The notes beneath the pieces are model-generated. The model had not been told where the DNA came from. It searched no databases and saw nothing but the letters and a program-made list of their open reading frames with translations. Of a DNA stretch of 64,000 nucleotides, positions 1 to 11,065 are shown piece by piece. The position numbers were made by a program, and so were the translations under genes. Position 1 is the stretch's first letter. Each line of letters opens with the position of its first letter. Source of the DNA: Chiloscyllium plagiosum (taxonomy: Eukaryota); the NCBI RefSeq assembly GCF_004010195.1, contig NC_057719.1, positions 83,274,027 to 83,338,026 of the forward strand, given 5' to 3'.

Positions 1-197
1 TGCCAGAGGAAGTGGTGGGGGCTGGTACATTACTACATTTAAAAGGCATCTGGATGGGTATATGAATAGGAAGGGATTAGAAGGATATGGGCCAAGTGCT
101 AGCAAATGGGATTGGATTAGGTTAGGATAACTGGTCGGCATGGACAAGTTGGACTGAAGGGTCTGTTTCCGTGCTGTACATCTCTATGATCTATAAC
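1..197 (+). mobile_element. CR1-clade (HER1-like) LINE 3' end, cut by window edge
   Basis: Ends in ...GAAGGGTCTGTTTCCGTGCTGTACATCTCTATGATCTAT, a tail repeated at 20388-20563, 24710-25138 and on the - strand at 3126, 17200, 41975. Confidence 0.85.
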
Positions 198-292
198 TGG
201 AAGGGTGTGGTGCTGGAAAAGCACAGCAGGTCAGGCAACATCCGAGGAGCAGGAGAATTGACGTTTCAAGCATAAGCTCTTCATCGGGAATC
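198..292 (-). mobile_element. Penelope-like terminal-repeat fragment (family A) with degenerate hammerhead
   Basis: Matches PLE end at 30982-31075; - strand reads CCGATGA-agagcttatgctt-GAAACGTC. Confidence 0.7.
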
Positions 293-964
293 TTTAACTG
301 GCAAGGCAGATATCTGTAGGGCAGGAATTCTTGGAAGGATAGAAGGAATTAGATTTGATTCTTAACTCTCTCTGGGAAATTCAGAGTGGTCAGTAAATGC
401 TCGCCTTGCAGATTAATAAAAAATTCCCCCTTTAGCGAGAGATCATCATGTCTGACTGCGGCAGGCTCTGTATTGCACAGCAGTGCAACCAGGCGTCTTG
501 CATCCTCATTAGCCACTGTCGAGTCTGACATTTCTCAGAGGGATTTTTCTGAGGTGTAAAACCCAAAAGCAAGTAGCGAGAGGTCACTTGAACAAGTACT
601 CTCCCCCACACTTGCTACAACAACCTCACTGACTGCACCCTGACTGTTTCTCTCCAGTGAATTTAGCCAGCTCTAGTTGTCAGAGTTGGCCAAGAGGTGA
701 GCACAGGGCGGTACACCATCGGCAACTGGGTTTGACAAAGGCCCCTTCTCGCTATCTCTCCATCATGGGCTTTGCTGGCAGGTCACTGGTGTTTCTGTTA
801 GATATAGAGGGCTCAATGCCACATTGCAACAAAGAAAATCCTCAGCTGCTTACACTTGGATATACATCAGACAAAAGCACTCGTTTGATTCCTGATCTTT
901 GTATTTCTTATCCTTTAGCCTTTGATCGTGCCTAAAAGCATTTGTTGGCTGTCCTTAATGACAC

Positions 965-1330
965 TGAGTGACTCTCCAAGGTCATTTCAGAGGGAAGTTA
1001 AGAGTCAAACATATTGCCTCATGTTTGGAGTCATGTGTTGCTCTGGAGTCACGTTTAGGTCAGGCCAGTGAAGGGAATTAGTAAACCAGAGGAGTATTTT
1101 ACAACAATTGATGATGGTTGTCATGGTAGCCAGCAGTGAGGCCAACTCTAGATTCCAGATAGGGTTTAAATTCCATCTTTTTCCATCCCTTTGAGGAATG
1201 TCAGACTCGAGAGTGGGTAATGAGGATGCTAGATGCCCGGGGTCATTTGAACCCATAACTCCAAGCCTTAGTCTTGGGCACTGGATTACTCATCCAATGA
1301 CATTACCACTAACTCACCATCTCCCCACAA
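965..1330 (-). mobile_element. tRNA-headed SINE (head shared with LINE at 9430)
   Basis: Reverse complement resembles 23680-23930 and 9430-9690; B-box-like GGTTCAAATG on - strand near 1245-1254. Confidence 0.55.
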
Positions 1331-1506
1331 CACAGACAGAAGGTGCTGGATACAGAAGCTGCTGATACTAGCCCAGATATGAATGGCCTCTGCTCATGTA
1401 GCTATACCAACTCAGTGATGATCAGCCTCAATATACCAAAAGTGTCTCAATAACGGAAAGGCTGCTGAGTGGATTGTCTGGGTCTGCAGGGACAAGGAAG
1501 GCCTAG

Positions 1507-1790
1507 CATTTGTACGGTACCTTCCATCAGCTCAGGACACTCCCATAATGCTTTGCAGCTTTTTGAAGTTTACCTTTGGATTCCCAGAAGTCATTTTACT
1601 CACAGAGAACTCTCACTGCCGTGCCAAGGGAGCTTTCATGTCAACCTGAGAGGGCCAGCTCCTCTGGGATTGACAGTTCGTCTGACAGTGCAGCACTCCC
1701 TCCATTGCTGCACTGGACTGTCAACACGGATTATACATTCAAGTGTTTGGAGTGGGACTTGAACCCTTCACACTGCCACTAAAGGTGAAA
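1507..1790 (-). mobile_element. Deu-domain SINE (SacSINE1/AmnSINE1-like), old copy
   Basis: CTGACAGTGCAGCACTCCCTC...GGAGTGGGACTTGAACCC is the antisense of the tRNA head and core; similar to 14205-14670. Confidence 0.65.
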
Positions 1791-1862
1791 TAGATTCCAA
1801 CCGATCTTCCTGGTGTGTCTCAGGGATGGTATTCCCTGCACGTGTTAGGTGGAGTGGGGTTT

Positions 1863-2090
1863 TTCAGTGATTATAACAAGGTGAGCCAACTGCATCCAAT
1901 AGAATATGAGTGCCCTGATTAATCTGGTCCAATCAGGGACCTCTGGTTGACATCAAGGATGAGTGTCAGGGATGTTGAGCCCCATGAATGCCTGACTCCG
2001 GGACAGGCAGTGCAATTGCCAAAAGCTGTGCATTTGGAAAGAAAGGGTGATTGGTGATGGGGTGCTGGCCTTTGAAGGGGGGTTATTCTA
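1863..2090 (+). mobile_element. Solo LTR, degenerate (same family as 9884-10106)
   Basis: Colinear with reverse complement of 9884-10106 (ATAGAATATGAG, TTAATCTG, GAGTGTCAG, GGTGA-TTGGTGATGGG, TTATT). Confidence 0.55.
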
Positions 2091-2829
2091 AGAGTCTGCC
2101 ATAGTCATAGCCAATGGCAGGACACTCACTTCTGGGTCAATCCACTCAGAGAGATGTTCAAAGTCCACTCAAAGAGAGCAAGGGCCCCCTTTGTCCTGGC
2201 TAGTCGATCCCTCACCCGATTTCCACAAAAGAAAACGGTGAGGTGACAGCCTCAGTGCATCCAAAATGCTTTCCAGTCAGCCATCTTGGAATGAGAAACA
2301 AAGCCAGTGTAAATCAGCAAGTCAAGGCACATCTGCCCAGAACAGCAGAAACGGTTTCTCACTCTGCACCGATGCCCTTCGAAATCTTAAATCAAAACCC
2401 ATCCTTTAACCATATCGTCTTTGATACTCCCAGGAGTGCAAAACGGGCTTATCTAATCTTCCGCACAGTCAAACACTTAGAATGCCAGTGAGATTCTGAT
2501 GCAACGGCACTGCACTCCCCGCTCGGCCCAAACAATGTTTCCTTTCCAGCGTGTGGGAAGGTCAGATAGCGGAAGGTGTGTTCCACAAGTTGCTTAATCT
2601 GGGGGGTGTAGGAAACAGACCCATTGTATCCCTATTCCCAGACCTGACCGGCCCTCAATGACTGACTCTTTCATCATGGCGTTTCTTACCTCCTTAGGGG
2701 CTGATCCAATTCGGATCAATACCTATTCCACCCTCCCTTCCAGCGGGGATCTTCACAACCAGCTGTTTGTATTGGACCAGATCCTTGTCCTTATGTGGCC
2801 AGTCCTGTCATGGTTTTGGGGTGGGTTTT

Positions 2830-3120
2830 GGTGCTATCGTTGCCTTTGAGCCAGAAGCTGCTTGCCTTTGGCGGACACTCCTGTGGTGCACTGAGGGAGA
2901 GTGACACTGAGGAGGTCCGTGTCTTCAGAAAGACAGTGAAATCAAGAACGCTGTCAGCTCGACATAAAAAAATTCCACGGCACCATTTCAAAGAAGAGCA
3001 GGGCATCCCCTGGTCAATATTAACCCATAAGTAGCATCACTAACATAGATTATCCAGTTATTAGTTGGTTAGTCATGCTGTGCACCAATTAGTCATTGAG
3101 TTGCCCCATTATAGCACTAA
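2830..3120 (+). mobile_element. Deu-domain SINE, old copy
   Basis: GCACTGAGGGAG...TTTCAAAGAAGAGCAGGG...CATCACTAACATAGATTATC core motifs. Confidence 0.6.
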
Positions 3121-3125
3121 CTGGA

Positions 3126-3765
3126 GTCATAGAGCCATAGAGGTGTACAGCACAGAAACAGACCCTTCAGTCCAACTCATCCATGCCGACCAGATATTCC
3201 AACCCAACCTAGTCCCATTTACCAGTGTTTAGCCTATATCCCTCCAAACCCTTCCTGTTCATATACCCATCCACATGCCTTTTAAATGCTGTAGATGTAC
3301 CAGCCTCCACCACTTCCTCTGGCAGCTCATTCCGTACACGTACCACCCTCTGTGTGAAAAAGGTGCCCCTCAGGTCCCTTTTAAATCTTTCCCCTTTTAA
3401 CCTAAACCTATGCCCTCTAATTCAGCACTCCCCCACCCCAGGGAAAAGACCTTGTCTATTTATCCTATCTAGGCCCCTTGTGATTTTGTAAACCCCTCAG
3501 CCTCCGACACTTCAGGGAAAACAGCCCCAGCCTATAGCTCAAACCCTCCAGCCCTGGCAACATCCTTGTAAGTCTTTTCTGCACCCTTTCAAGTTTCACA
3601 ACGTCCTTCCGAGAGCAGGGCGACAAGAATTGAATGCTGTGTTCCAACAGTGGCCTGACCAATGTCCTGTACTGATGCAACGCAATGTCCCAATTCCTTT
3701 ACTCAAAGCACTGACCCAATAAAGCACATGTACCAAATGCCCTCCTCACTAGCCTGTCCACCTAC
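3126..3765 (-). mobile_element. CR1/HER1 LINE 3' fragment (RT C-terminus plus 3'UTR)
   Basis: ORF 3465-3680(-) YRTLVRPLLEHSIQFLSPCSRKDVVKLERVQKRLTRMLPGLEGLSY is the typical CR1 ORF2 C-terminus; family tail at 3126. Confidence 0.9.
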
Positions 3766-4156
3766 ATTATAAATCTTTGTGAGTGTTGAACAGTGGCTGC
3801 ACTACCTGTCAGCGATGATTAATAGAGAGGGAGAAGGACTGCTGCTGTTTTTCCTGTTGGTGAATCGATTCTCCAGGCTGTCATGTTTGCCTGCACTGCA
3901 GTTGACCCCAGCAGCTGTGACTGTGATAACAGCCTCAGTAAAGGCCTGGGCCTGAGATAAACTGGGCACGACCCTCCAGACCTGATGGAACGATCTCATC
4001 CACTAAGCAGGCTTGAGCCAGGAGGAGAGTTTCCAGTCCAGTGAGCTGACAGCGTTGTCCAGCAACCTCAAATTCACTGGAGCATTTCCCCTAACAGCTC
4101 GACAGTCACCCTCATCTAATATTGCGAGGGCAATAAGGAATCTCACATTTCACAGG

Positions 4157-4408
4157 ATCATAGAACCCCTACAGTGTGGAAGCAGGCCATCCGGCCCATC
4201 GAGTCCACACCGACCCTCCAAAGAGCACGCCACCCAGACCCACCCCCATATCCCATAATCTTGCATTTCCCATGGTCAGTCCACCCAACCTGCACACCTT
4301 TGGAGTGTGGGTGGAAACCGGAGCTCCCAGACCTGAGGGTGGGATTGAACCCGGATCCCTGGCGCTGTGAGGCAGCAATGCTAACCACTGAGCCACCGTG
4401 CTGCCCAT
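4157..4408 (-). mobile_element. HE1-type tRNA-derived SINE
   Basis: - strand GGGCAGCACGGTGGCTCAGTGGTTAGCATTGCTGCCTCACAGCGCCAGGGATCCGGGTTCAATCCC (A/B boxes); LINE-like tail. Confidence 0.9.
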
Positions 4409-4994
4409 AAATGATGATAATGGATGATAGGATCAATAGTTTACCTGTATCTTAAATGAGATTTATGGTACAGAAAATAACAGTGGGGAACCCTGCATTC
4501 ATGCCATGACTGGGATCTACACTTCTTCAACAAGAAGAGAGCTGGTAACCATGACATCCTAAACGAATAAACTTTTTTTTTGCTACTTACAATATTTAGA
4601 GGGTAAACAGTTGCAGGATTTCACCAGAATCCTTCTTTCAGGTCCCAGCTATATCTGCTCCCTCACCCTTTGCATTGTAGCTATTAACCCCTTATAGGTT
4701 TGAGTGAAATTGTATACAAAAAATGAAATAAAAGGTGGGATGAAAATACTGGATTAATGGAGAATGTTGCTATGTTCCTTTCTCAATATTTAAAGTACGC
4801 TGGTTGAGGAGATGGACTCTTGATGAGAACCTGATGCACATTGATCTTCTTTACACTTGCAACACCTTCACAGTCTGCGCTCTCTCCAGATCATTGGCGT
4901 CGTTCCCAGACATTTCAATTTCTCACCGATGTAACACAACAGAATACACATTCAGAGTCGAGCTACACCCTTGGCTTTTCAAAGACGGAGTTAG

Positions 4995-5178
4995 GTGGCA
5001 TTCAGTTCCTAGCCCCATTCCAGAGACTCGAGTAGACAGCACTGTGAAGCATTCATGGGGATACTGGAGTGTGGGACAATCTGCCCCTCAAGTGAAACAT
5101 TCAGCCAACTTGCCCTCTCGGTGGACATGTAAGACGTCCACAGCTCTCTCCTTGGTGTCCTGGCCAATATTTACACCC
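4995..5178 (+). mobile_element. Deu-domain SINE fragment
   Basis: CCCCATTCCAGAGACT...GGTGTCCTGGCCAATATTTA motifs. Confidence 0.5.
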
Positions 5179-5554
5179 CCACACAGCCAGTATAATTTGA
5201 AAGTTGAGGGGGGGAAATTAGATTGACCGCAGCCCCCACCACCTCCAGTTCTGGGTGAAAGGATCACAATGTACAGTTAGCCCATGTTTGACCGGAGTGG
5301 TGTGGCCTGAATTGTTCTGAATGACCTGACTACAAGCCACGCCACACAGTTTACAACATTCATCTGAAGCCACTAAACATCACCATTTGCGGTTAATTTT
5401 ATCTACAGCATCCAGAGGCCTTTACTGTAGCTCATTTGGGACAGTGCTGAAGAAAAAAGGGATAATCATTCTCATCTTCAATCATAATCACTTCCTTCTG
5501 ATTGTGGACAGATTCCAATAGTCCTCTTCTTCCAACAGCTTTGTTTTTTTATTA

Positions 5555-5895
5555 AATTATTCATTTGTGGGATGTGTGCATTGCTGGCTGGCCCAGCATT
5601 TATTGCCCGTCCCTAGTTGCCCCTTTGAGAAGGTGGTGGTGAGCTGCCATTGTGAACTGCTGCAGTCTACCTGCTATGGGTTGATCTTGGGGGGTGGGGG
5701 GAGGTGGGGGGGATTCCAGGATTGTGACCCAGCGACAGTGAAGGAATAGCAATATATTTCCAAGTCAGGGTGGTGAGTGGCTTGGAGGGGAACTTGAAAG
5801 TGGTGGTGGTCCCATCTATCTGCTGCCCTTGCCCTTCCAGATGGAAGTGGTCGTCGGTTCGGAAGGTGCTGTTTGAAGATCTTTGGTGAATTTCC
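5555..5895 (-). mobile_element. LINE family B 3' end (CR1/L2-like)
   Basis: Reverse complement matches 11600-11905 and 54830-55105. Confidence 0.8.
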
Positions 5896-5989
5896 ATGGC
5901 CATCCATCCCAGGTAGAACTCATGACATTAGAAAAGACAATGTCCTTGTACGTTTGATTATGAATTTCTTCCCTAGGGTATGGGAAAAT

Positions 5990-6780
5990 ATCACGTAGCA
6001 TACAGAAACAAACTATTGGAACAGATTATTAAGGATCCACTGAGGCAAGGTGGAAATCTCACTACAATCAGGCAGAGACAACATGGCGTTGAACAAGGAA
6101 AATCATATTTGACAAGATGTTTGAAGAGTTTTGAGGAGGTAGCAAACAATGTAGATAAAATGGAAGTTATGCATGTGCAGTATTAGATTTCCAGAAAGTG
6201 CTTAATAAAGAGCCACATTTAAAGGTTGCTATGGAAAATGTACACTGGCACAGTGGCTCAGTGGTTAGTACTGCTGCCTCACAGTGTCAGGGACCCGGGT
6301 TCGATCCCTGCCTCAGGCGACTGTCTGTGTGGAGTTTGCACATTCTCGTCGTGTCTGCATGGGTTTCCTCCCACTGTCCAAAGATGTGCATGCTAAATTG
6401 CCCATGGTGTCCAGGGATGTGTAGGTTAGGGGCAATAGTCAGGGCTAAATGTAGAGTAATAGGGTAGGGGAATGGGTTTGGGTGGGATACTCTTCAAAGG
6501 GTCAGTGTGGACCTGTTGGGCTGAAGGGCCTGTTTCCACAGTGCAGGGATTCTATGAAAATACGAATTCATTGTGTAGGGGCTAATATAATAGCGTGGAC
6601 GGAGGATGGGCTGGGTTAACAGGAAAGTTGGCATAAATTGATTATTTAGATTTTGGCAAAATGTAATGAGTGAAGTGCACCGTGGGGATTAGTGCAGGGG
6701 CCTCAACTGTTTACAATCTATATAAATGTCTTGGACAAATGGCCTGAAGGTATGCTTACTGAATATGCCAATGTCAATTT
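5990..6780 (+). mobile_element. Degenerate CR1 RT fragment interrupted by HE1 SINE
   Basis: ORF 5980-6186 QHGVEQGKSYLTRCLKSFEEV resembles CR1 QHGFxKGKSCLTNLxEFFEEV. Confidence 0.7.
6246..6557 (+). mobile_element. HE1-type SINE
   Basis: GGCACAGTGGCTCAGTGGTTAGTACTGCTGCCTCACAG...GGTTCGATCCC head; GGCCTGTTTCCACA...GGATTCTATG tail. Confidence 0.9.
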
Positions 6781-7126
6781 GCCAACGGGGTCAAAGTTTA
6801 TCGGGTTTGCATCGACATCAGTATTGGGAAGCCTTGACAATCAATCCACTTTGACATTTACACCATGATGTTTAATGTCACATTCAAATCCTACTAAATA
6901 CATCAGCCAACTTGCATTCTCTCCACTGCGACTGCCAGGAACCCTCTGTGTGGACCGAGGAAAGCAGTTCACAGTTTATTATCCATAACAGGTATAGGCT
7001 TGCCTCCTTGTGTATTTTCATGGCGTATAGGTCGGGGGGAGCCAAAGCTTCTATCTGAGCATATTTTCACTTAGTCTTGGCAGAAACAGAAGTGTATATA
7101 CATTTCCAAACACTAGTTAAGCATAT

Positions 7127-7599
7127 GGATGTAGGTTTGCTCACTGAGCTGGAAGGTTTGTTTCAGACGTTTTGTCACCATACTAGGTAACATCATCAGT
7201 GAGCCTCCAGATGAAGCACTAGTGGTATGGCATGCTTTCTATTTATGTGTTTGGGTTTCCTTGGGCTGGTGATATCATTTCCTGTTGGAACGTCATTTCC
7301 CGTGGTGGCGTCATTTCCTGTTATTTTTCTCAGTGGTAGTAAATGGGATCCAAGTCAATGTGTTTCTTGATAGAGTTTTGGTTGGAATGCCATATTTCTA
7401 GGAATTGAACAGGAAATGACATCAGCAACCCAAGGAAACCCAAGCACATAAATAGAAAGCGGGCCATACCACCAGTGCTTCACCGGAGGTTCACTGATGA
7501 TGTTACCTATTATGGTGACGAAATGTCTGAAACAAACCTTCCAGCACAGTGAGCAAACCTATATCCAGAACCTCAACCTGAGCTACAAATCTTTCCAAA
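7127..7599. mobile_element. Fold-back non-autonomous Penelope-like element (family C) with two hammerhead motifs
   Basis: ~160-bp inverted arms (~7124-7285 / ~7407-7567); 15-bp TSD ACTAGTTAAGCATAT at 7112-7126 and 7600-7614. Confidence 0.8.
7491..7531 (+). ncRNA. Minimal hammerhead ribozyme motif
   Basis: TCA-CTGATGA-T-GTTACC-TATTAT-GGTGAC-GAAA-T-GTC-TGA: core, 6-bp stem II and TCA/TGA stem I all visible. Confidence 0.7.
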
Positions 7600-9883
7600 A
7601 CTAGTTAAGCATATATAATACAACCAGAACGTGCTGAAGAAACTCAGCTGGGCTGGCAGCATCTGTGTAGAGAGTGAACATTTTGACTCCAGTATGACTT
7701 GGGATTAAGTTTGGATGGACCAATGCGTCTGTTTCCATGCTGTACGACTCTATGACTCTTTGACTGAATCTGTCTTCAGTTCTGATCCTGGGTGGGAGAC
7801 TTCAAACATTATCGGGGTGGGGAAGAGGGGACGGTAGGCGGCAATGTGGATAAATCAGATCAGCCACGTTCTTATTGAATGGGGATGTAGTCTCTGGCAG
7901 CCTATTCCTGCTCCTAGTTCATATGTTTGTGTGTTAAGAGGGCAATGTGCAGAGAGGTTCAAAATTGTGAAGGGTTTTCACTAAGTACTGAAGGAGGAAT
8001 TGCCAGGAATCAAAGCAAGTAGGTTTTTAAAAAAATAGTCAAAGCAATCCGAGATTAAATGAGGATTTGCTTCATACATAGGGAGTTGCTGTGACCCCAA
8101 GCTGCACTGTCTGGGAAAGCGATTCACCAGTAAATCATAGAACAATTGTTACAGCCCACAAGGAGGCTGTTAGGCCCATTGTATGGATGCCAACTCCAAG
8201 CAGGAGAAACTTAGCCCACTCCTTCCCCATCGCCCAGCAAATCTATTCTCTTAACCGTGACTGGGTCTGCCCCCTGGTAAGAACTGAGCAAGGCCACAGG
8301 AAAGGGGCAGGGGAGTGGCACTAGCCGGGCAGTTGTTGCCAAAGAGCCGACAATGGCACGACGACGGGAGCGGCCTCTTTCTGTGCGAGAAAGCTCGGGC
8401 AGGAGATTCCTTCGTCCAAGGCCGTTCAGTGGAACGTTCTGGGTAAGAGAAAGGTCAGACGTAATTTGAACTGGTAAACAAGAGAGAAGACAATACGGGG
8501 GAGGAGATTACAGACCCAGAACAAGGTCAGCGCTGAAAGTGGAAAGGACCAAACAAAATAAGTGGAAAAGGGAGTGAGGACTTACGTAAGAGATAGCAAC
8601 TCAGTTAGACAGCTGGAGGTCACTGCAGTGAACTCAATCATGGGTACTTTTTGCAAGATCGTGCAATTTAATTCAAGGACCTTCGATGGGTTTGGTGTCT
8701 TTTAAAGGGACTGCACCTTTACATTTGAAAAATACTTGCTCAAAAGCGCAGATGTCATTTAGGAAACATGAGAAGACTGAGGGGAACACTGTGATAATAT
8801 TATGCCAATATAATTGAACCTGACTCATTGCTTCGCCTCAGTTGCTTGTCAATCGGTTTGTCAAACTTTATCTTGTCTTCCAAGATGGTTCCCCCTCCAG
8901 CTCCACCTTTCCCCTTTGTTTTCCCCTTGCCCTGGCTACGTGGATGGATAGGATGGTGTGATTTGCCAATGTGGAATTGAAATATTCCAATAACGTGCCT
9001 CAGCCTCGAGCTCAGAGAGGCATTTGTGATGGCAGCACCAACCACAGTCTGTTTTTAAACAACATCTTAACGTAGGAAGCTTACACACACACACACACAC
9101 ACGTTTATCAACACAAAAGATTGAGACCAAACCAAAGAACGCCATGATTGGACAGGTGACCTAAGGTTGGTGGATAGAAGGAAGAAAAAAATGATGGAAT
9201 GGGCCAGGGAGGAAATCCCCGAGGTTAGGCTCAGAGGACATTGTCCTCGGAACCTCGGGAATGGGGAGCAGTGATTGTGTCAATGTGGAAGTAGGTGAGT
9301 TAAACAGCAGGAAAGCTTCTGTGTGTAGCATCAACCATTGGGCTGTTCCTGCCCCATGCCATCTACATACAAGTCTTGCATTAGCTTTTTATTAAACCCA
9401 TATCAACCGTAGATACAATTTGTGAGGAATGGTGGGGGGCATAGCAATAGTAGCAATGAGCTAATAATCTAGAACCCCAGCTGTAGGGGCAGGTTGGTAG
9501 CATTTTAATTCAGCTACTAAATGTGGAATGTAGCAACTACACTCAGCCATGGTGACTGTGAAGTTATCATCGGTTGTTGTACAAACCCATTTGGTTCACT
9601 AATGCCCTTTAAGGAAGGAAATCTGCCATCCTCACTTGGTCTGGCCTACATGTGACTCCAGGCCCCCAGCGATGGGATCGACTCATAACTGGTCAAGCAG
9701 GACAGTCAGTTAACCATTACAACATGAAAGCAGTGAAGCCGAAAGGACCATCTAATATTAACCAAGGTCTGGACACAACAGCAGTTCACACAGCCATGTT
9801 AACCCCTCAAAGTCCAGTCACAGTCGGGAATAGTAGTAGACAGTGGAACAACTCACCGGAAGTGGAGGCACCAAAAATATTCC

Positions 9884-10106
9884 TGAAATAACATCACTGA
9901 GGCCGGTATCCCATCACCAAGTCACCTTTTACTTACATGTGCATAGTATATGACACTGACCCAGCTCCCTCAGAGCCAGCTCCCAGAGTGAGCCGAACCT
10001 CTGACACTCCTGTTTCTATCTGTCAGCCGGGGCTCCCTAATTGCATCAGATTAACAGCCTCATATTCTATGAGCTCCACCCGACTGACTTTGTTCCAGTC
10101 ACTACA
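9884..10106 (-). mobile_element. Solo LTR inserted in LINE
   Basis: - strand starts TGTAGTGA and ends TTATTTCA (TG...CA); LINE sequence resumes on both sides; second copy at 1863-2090. Confidence 0.65.
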
Positions 10107-10859
10107 AACCCCATCCTCAATGATGGAAGAGCCCAGCACATCAGTGCAAAATGTAAGACCTTAGCAGTTGCAAGAATCTTCCATCGGAAGTGTTGAGTGC
10201 AACACCACAGATACCAATTTGCAGCCAATTTGATTAAATAAATGATTGGAGACACTGGATACTGCAAAGGCTATGGGCCCTGACAACATCCCGGCAATTG
10301 TACTGATGGTTTGTGCCCCAGAACCTGCTGCTCCCCCAACCAAGCTGCTCCCATCCAGTTACAACACTGGCATTGACCCAACAATTGCCTACACGTGTCC
10401 CGTACACAAAAAGCAGGACAAATCGAACCCAGCCAGTTACAAGCCCATAAGTTTACTTGATCATTGGTAAAGTGATGGAAGGTGTTATTGACAGTGCTAT
10501 CCAGCAGCGACTCAGCAACAACCTGCTCAGTGACGCCCAGTTTGGGGTCTGCCAGGGTCACTCAGCTCCTGACCTCATTACAGCCTTGGGTTAAACATGG
10601 ACAAAAGAGCTGCATTCCAGAGGGGAGGAGAGAGTGACATCAAAGCCACATTCAACCAAGGGATGGCATCAAGGAGTCCTCGCAAAACTGGAATCGGTGA
10701 GAAACAGGGGGCTGGAGTTATACCTGACTCAAAGAGAGATGGTGATGGTTATTAGAATTCAGTCATCTCAGCTCCAGGACATCTCTGCAGGGGCTCCTCG
10801 GGGTGGTGCTGTCGGCCCAACCACCTTCAACTGCTTCATCAATGACCTTGCCTCCATCT

Positions 10860-11065
10860 TAAGGATGTGCAGGTTAGGTGGATTGGACATACTACATTGT
10901 CCATAGTGTTCAGGGATGTACAGGCTAGGGGGCTTAGCCATGTGAAATGCAGGGTTACAGGGATAGGGTAGGGGGTTGGGTTTGGATGTGATGCTCTTTG
11001 AAGGGTCGGTGAGGACCCGTTGGGCCAAATGGCCTGTTTCCATACTGTAGTGATTCAATGAATCT
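10860..11065 (+). mobile_element. 5'-truncated HE1-type SINE
   Basis: GATGTGCAGGTTAGGTGGATTGG core and GGCCTGTTTCCATACTGTAG tail. Confidence 0.8.

Noticed and set aside
2836..2892. Minus-strand exon candidate (CTTGVSAKGKQLLAQRQR*) that would supply the last Cys of the C1-like motif
   Set aside because: The acceptor CTCCCTCAG and the sequence are the antisense of a Deu-SINE head, so the fit is probably coincidental.
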